A stretch of 64,000 nt of DNA from Ginglymostoma cirratum (lineage: Eukaryota): assembly GCA_024137785.1 (NCBI GenBank), contig JAHRHZ010000222.1, forward strand, positions 39,180,817 to 39,244,816, in the 5' to 3' direction. Positions 63,605 through 64,000 of this stretch are shown piece after piece. Within the stretch, counting starts at the first letter, position 1. Each line of letters begins with the position of its first letter. The notes beneath the pieces were generated by a model. The model was given only the letters and a program-made list of their open reading frames with translations, searched no databases and had not been told where the DNA came from. A program made the translations under genes and the position numbers.

Positions 63605-63910
63605 TTCAGATAACGGGGGATTTCTAGATTAGGGGGCACATTTTTAAGATGAGAGGAGAGAGATTTAGAAAAGATATGACAGGGAAATTTTTACACTGGG
63701 GTGGTTTGCATGTGGAATGAACTTGCTGAGGAAGTGGTGGATGCAGGTACATTTACAACGTCTAAAAGACATTTGGATAAGTACATGAATAGAAAAGGTT
63801 TGGAGGGATATGGGCCAGGAGCAGGCAGGTGGGACTATTTTAGTTTAGGATTATGTTCAGCGTGGACGGGTTGACTGAAGGGTCTGTTTCCATGCTCTAT
63901 GATTCCATAA
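63605..63910 (+). mobile_element. HER1-like CR1 LINE 3' end
   Basis: Close match to 58290-58575 (RGHIFKMRGERFRKDM..WNEL.EEVVDAGT) with tail. Confidence 0.92.
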
Positions 63911-64000
63911 CACAGGTCATACTTCACAGAGTGAGTCACTGGCTCAGTCCTGGGCTCTACATGACCCCTCCCTTCCAAACTTTCATGTTCCTGCTTTCCT

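Overview
AT-rich, repeat-dense vertebrate DNA. The repeat inventory, recognised by eye, points to a cartilaginous fish, probably a shark: HER1-like CR1 LINEs, SacSINE1/Deu-type SINEs, Penelope-type hammerhead repeats and shark-type Harbinger elements. I found no intact host protein-coding gene, so the window looks intronic or intergenic. Most entries in the ORF track are chance ORFs (many with GTG/TTG starts) or fragments and antisense shadows of decayed transposons. Recognisable content: about 15 CR1-clade LINE pieces, three decayed PIF/Harbinger transposase copies and three Harbinger Myb/SANT partner-gene remnants, several solo-LTR-like segments and Gypsy pol fossils, one L1/Tx1 3' end, a probable Vingi/Ingi 3' end, Deu-domain and short tRNA-derived SINEs, and Penelope-type repeats carrying hammerhead-ribozyme core motifs. 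The most unusual structure is a head-to-tail array of about 5.5 tRNA-derived SINE units (~132 bp) joined by a constant TTATCTCAG linker at 31096-31805. All family assignments come from visual motif recognition, not database searches, and boundaries are approximate.
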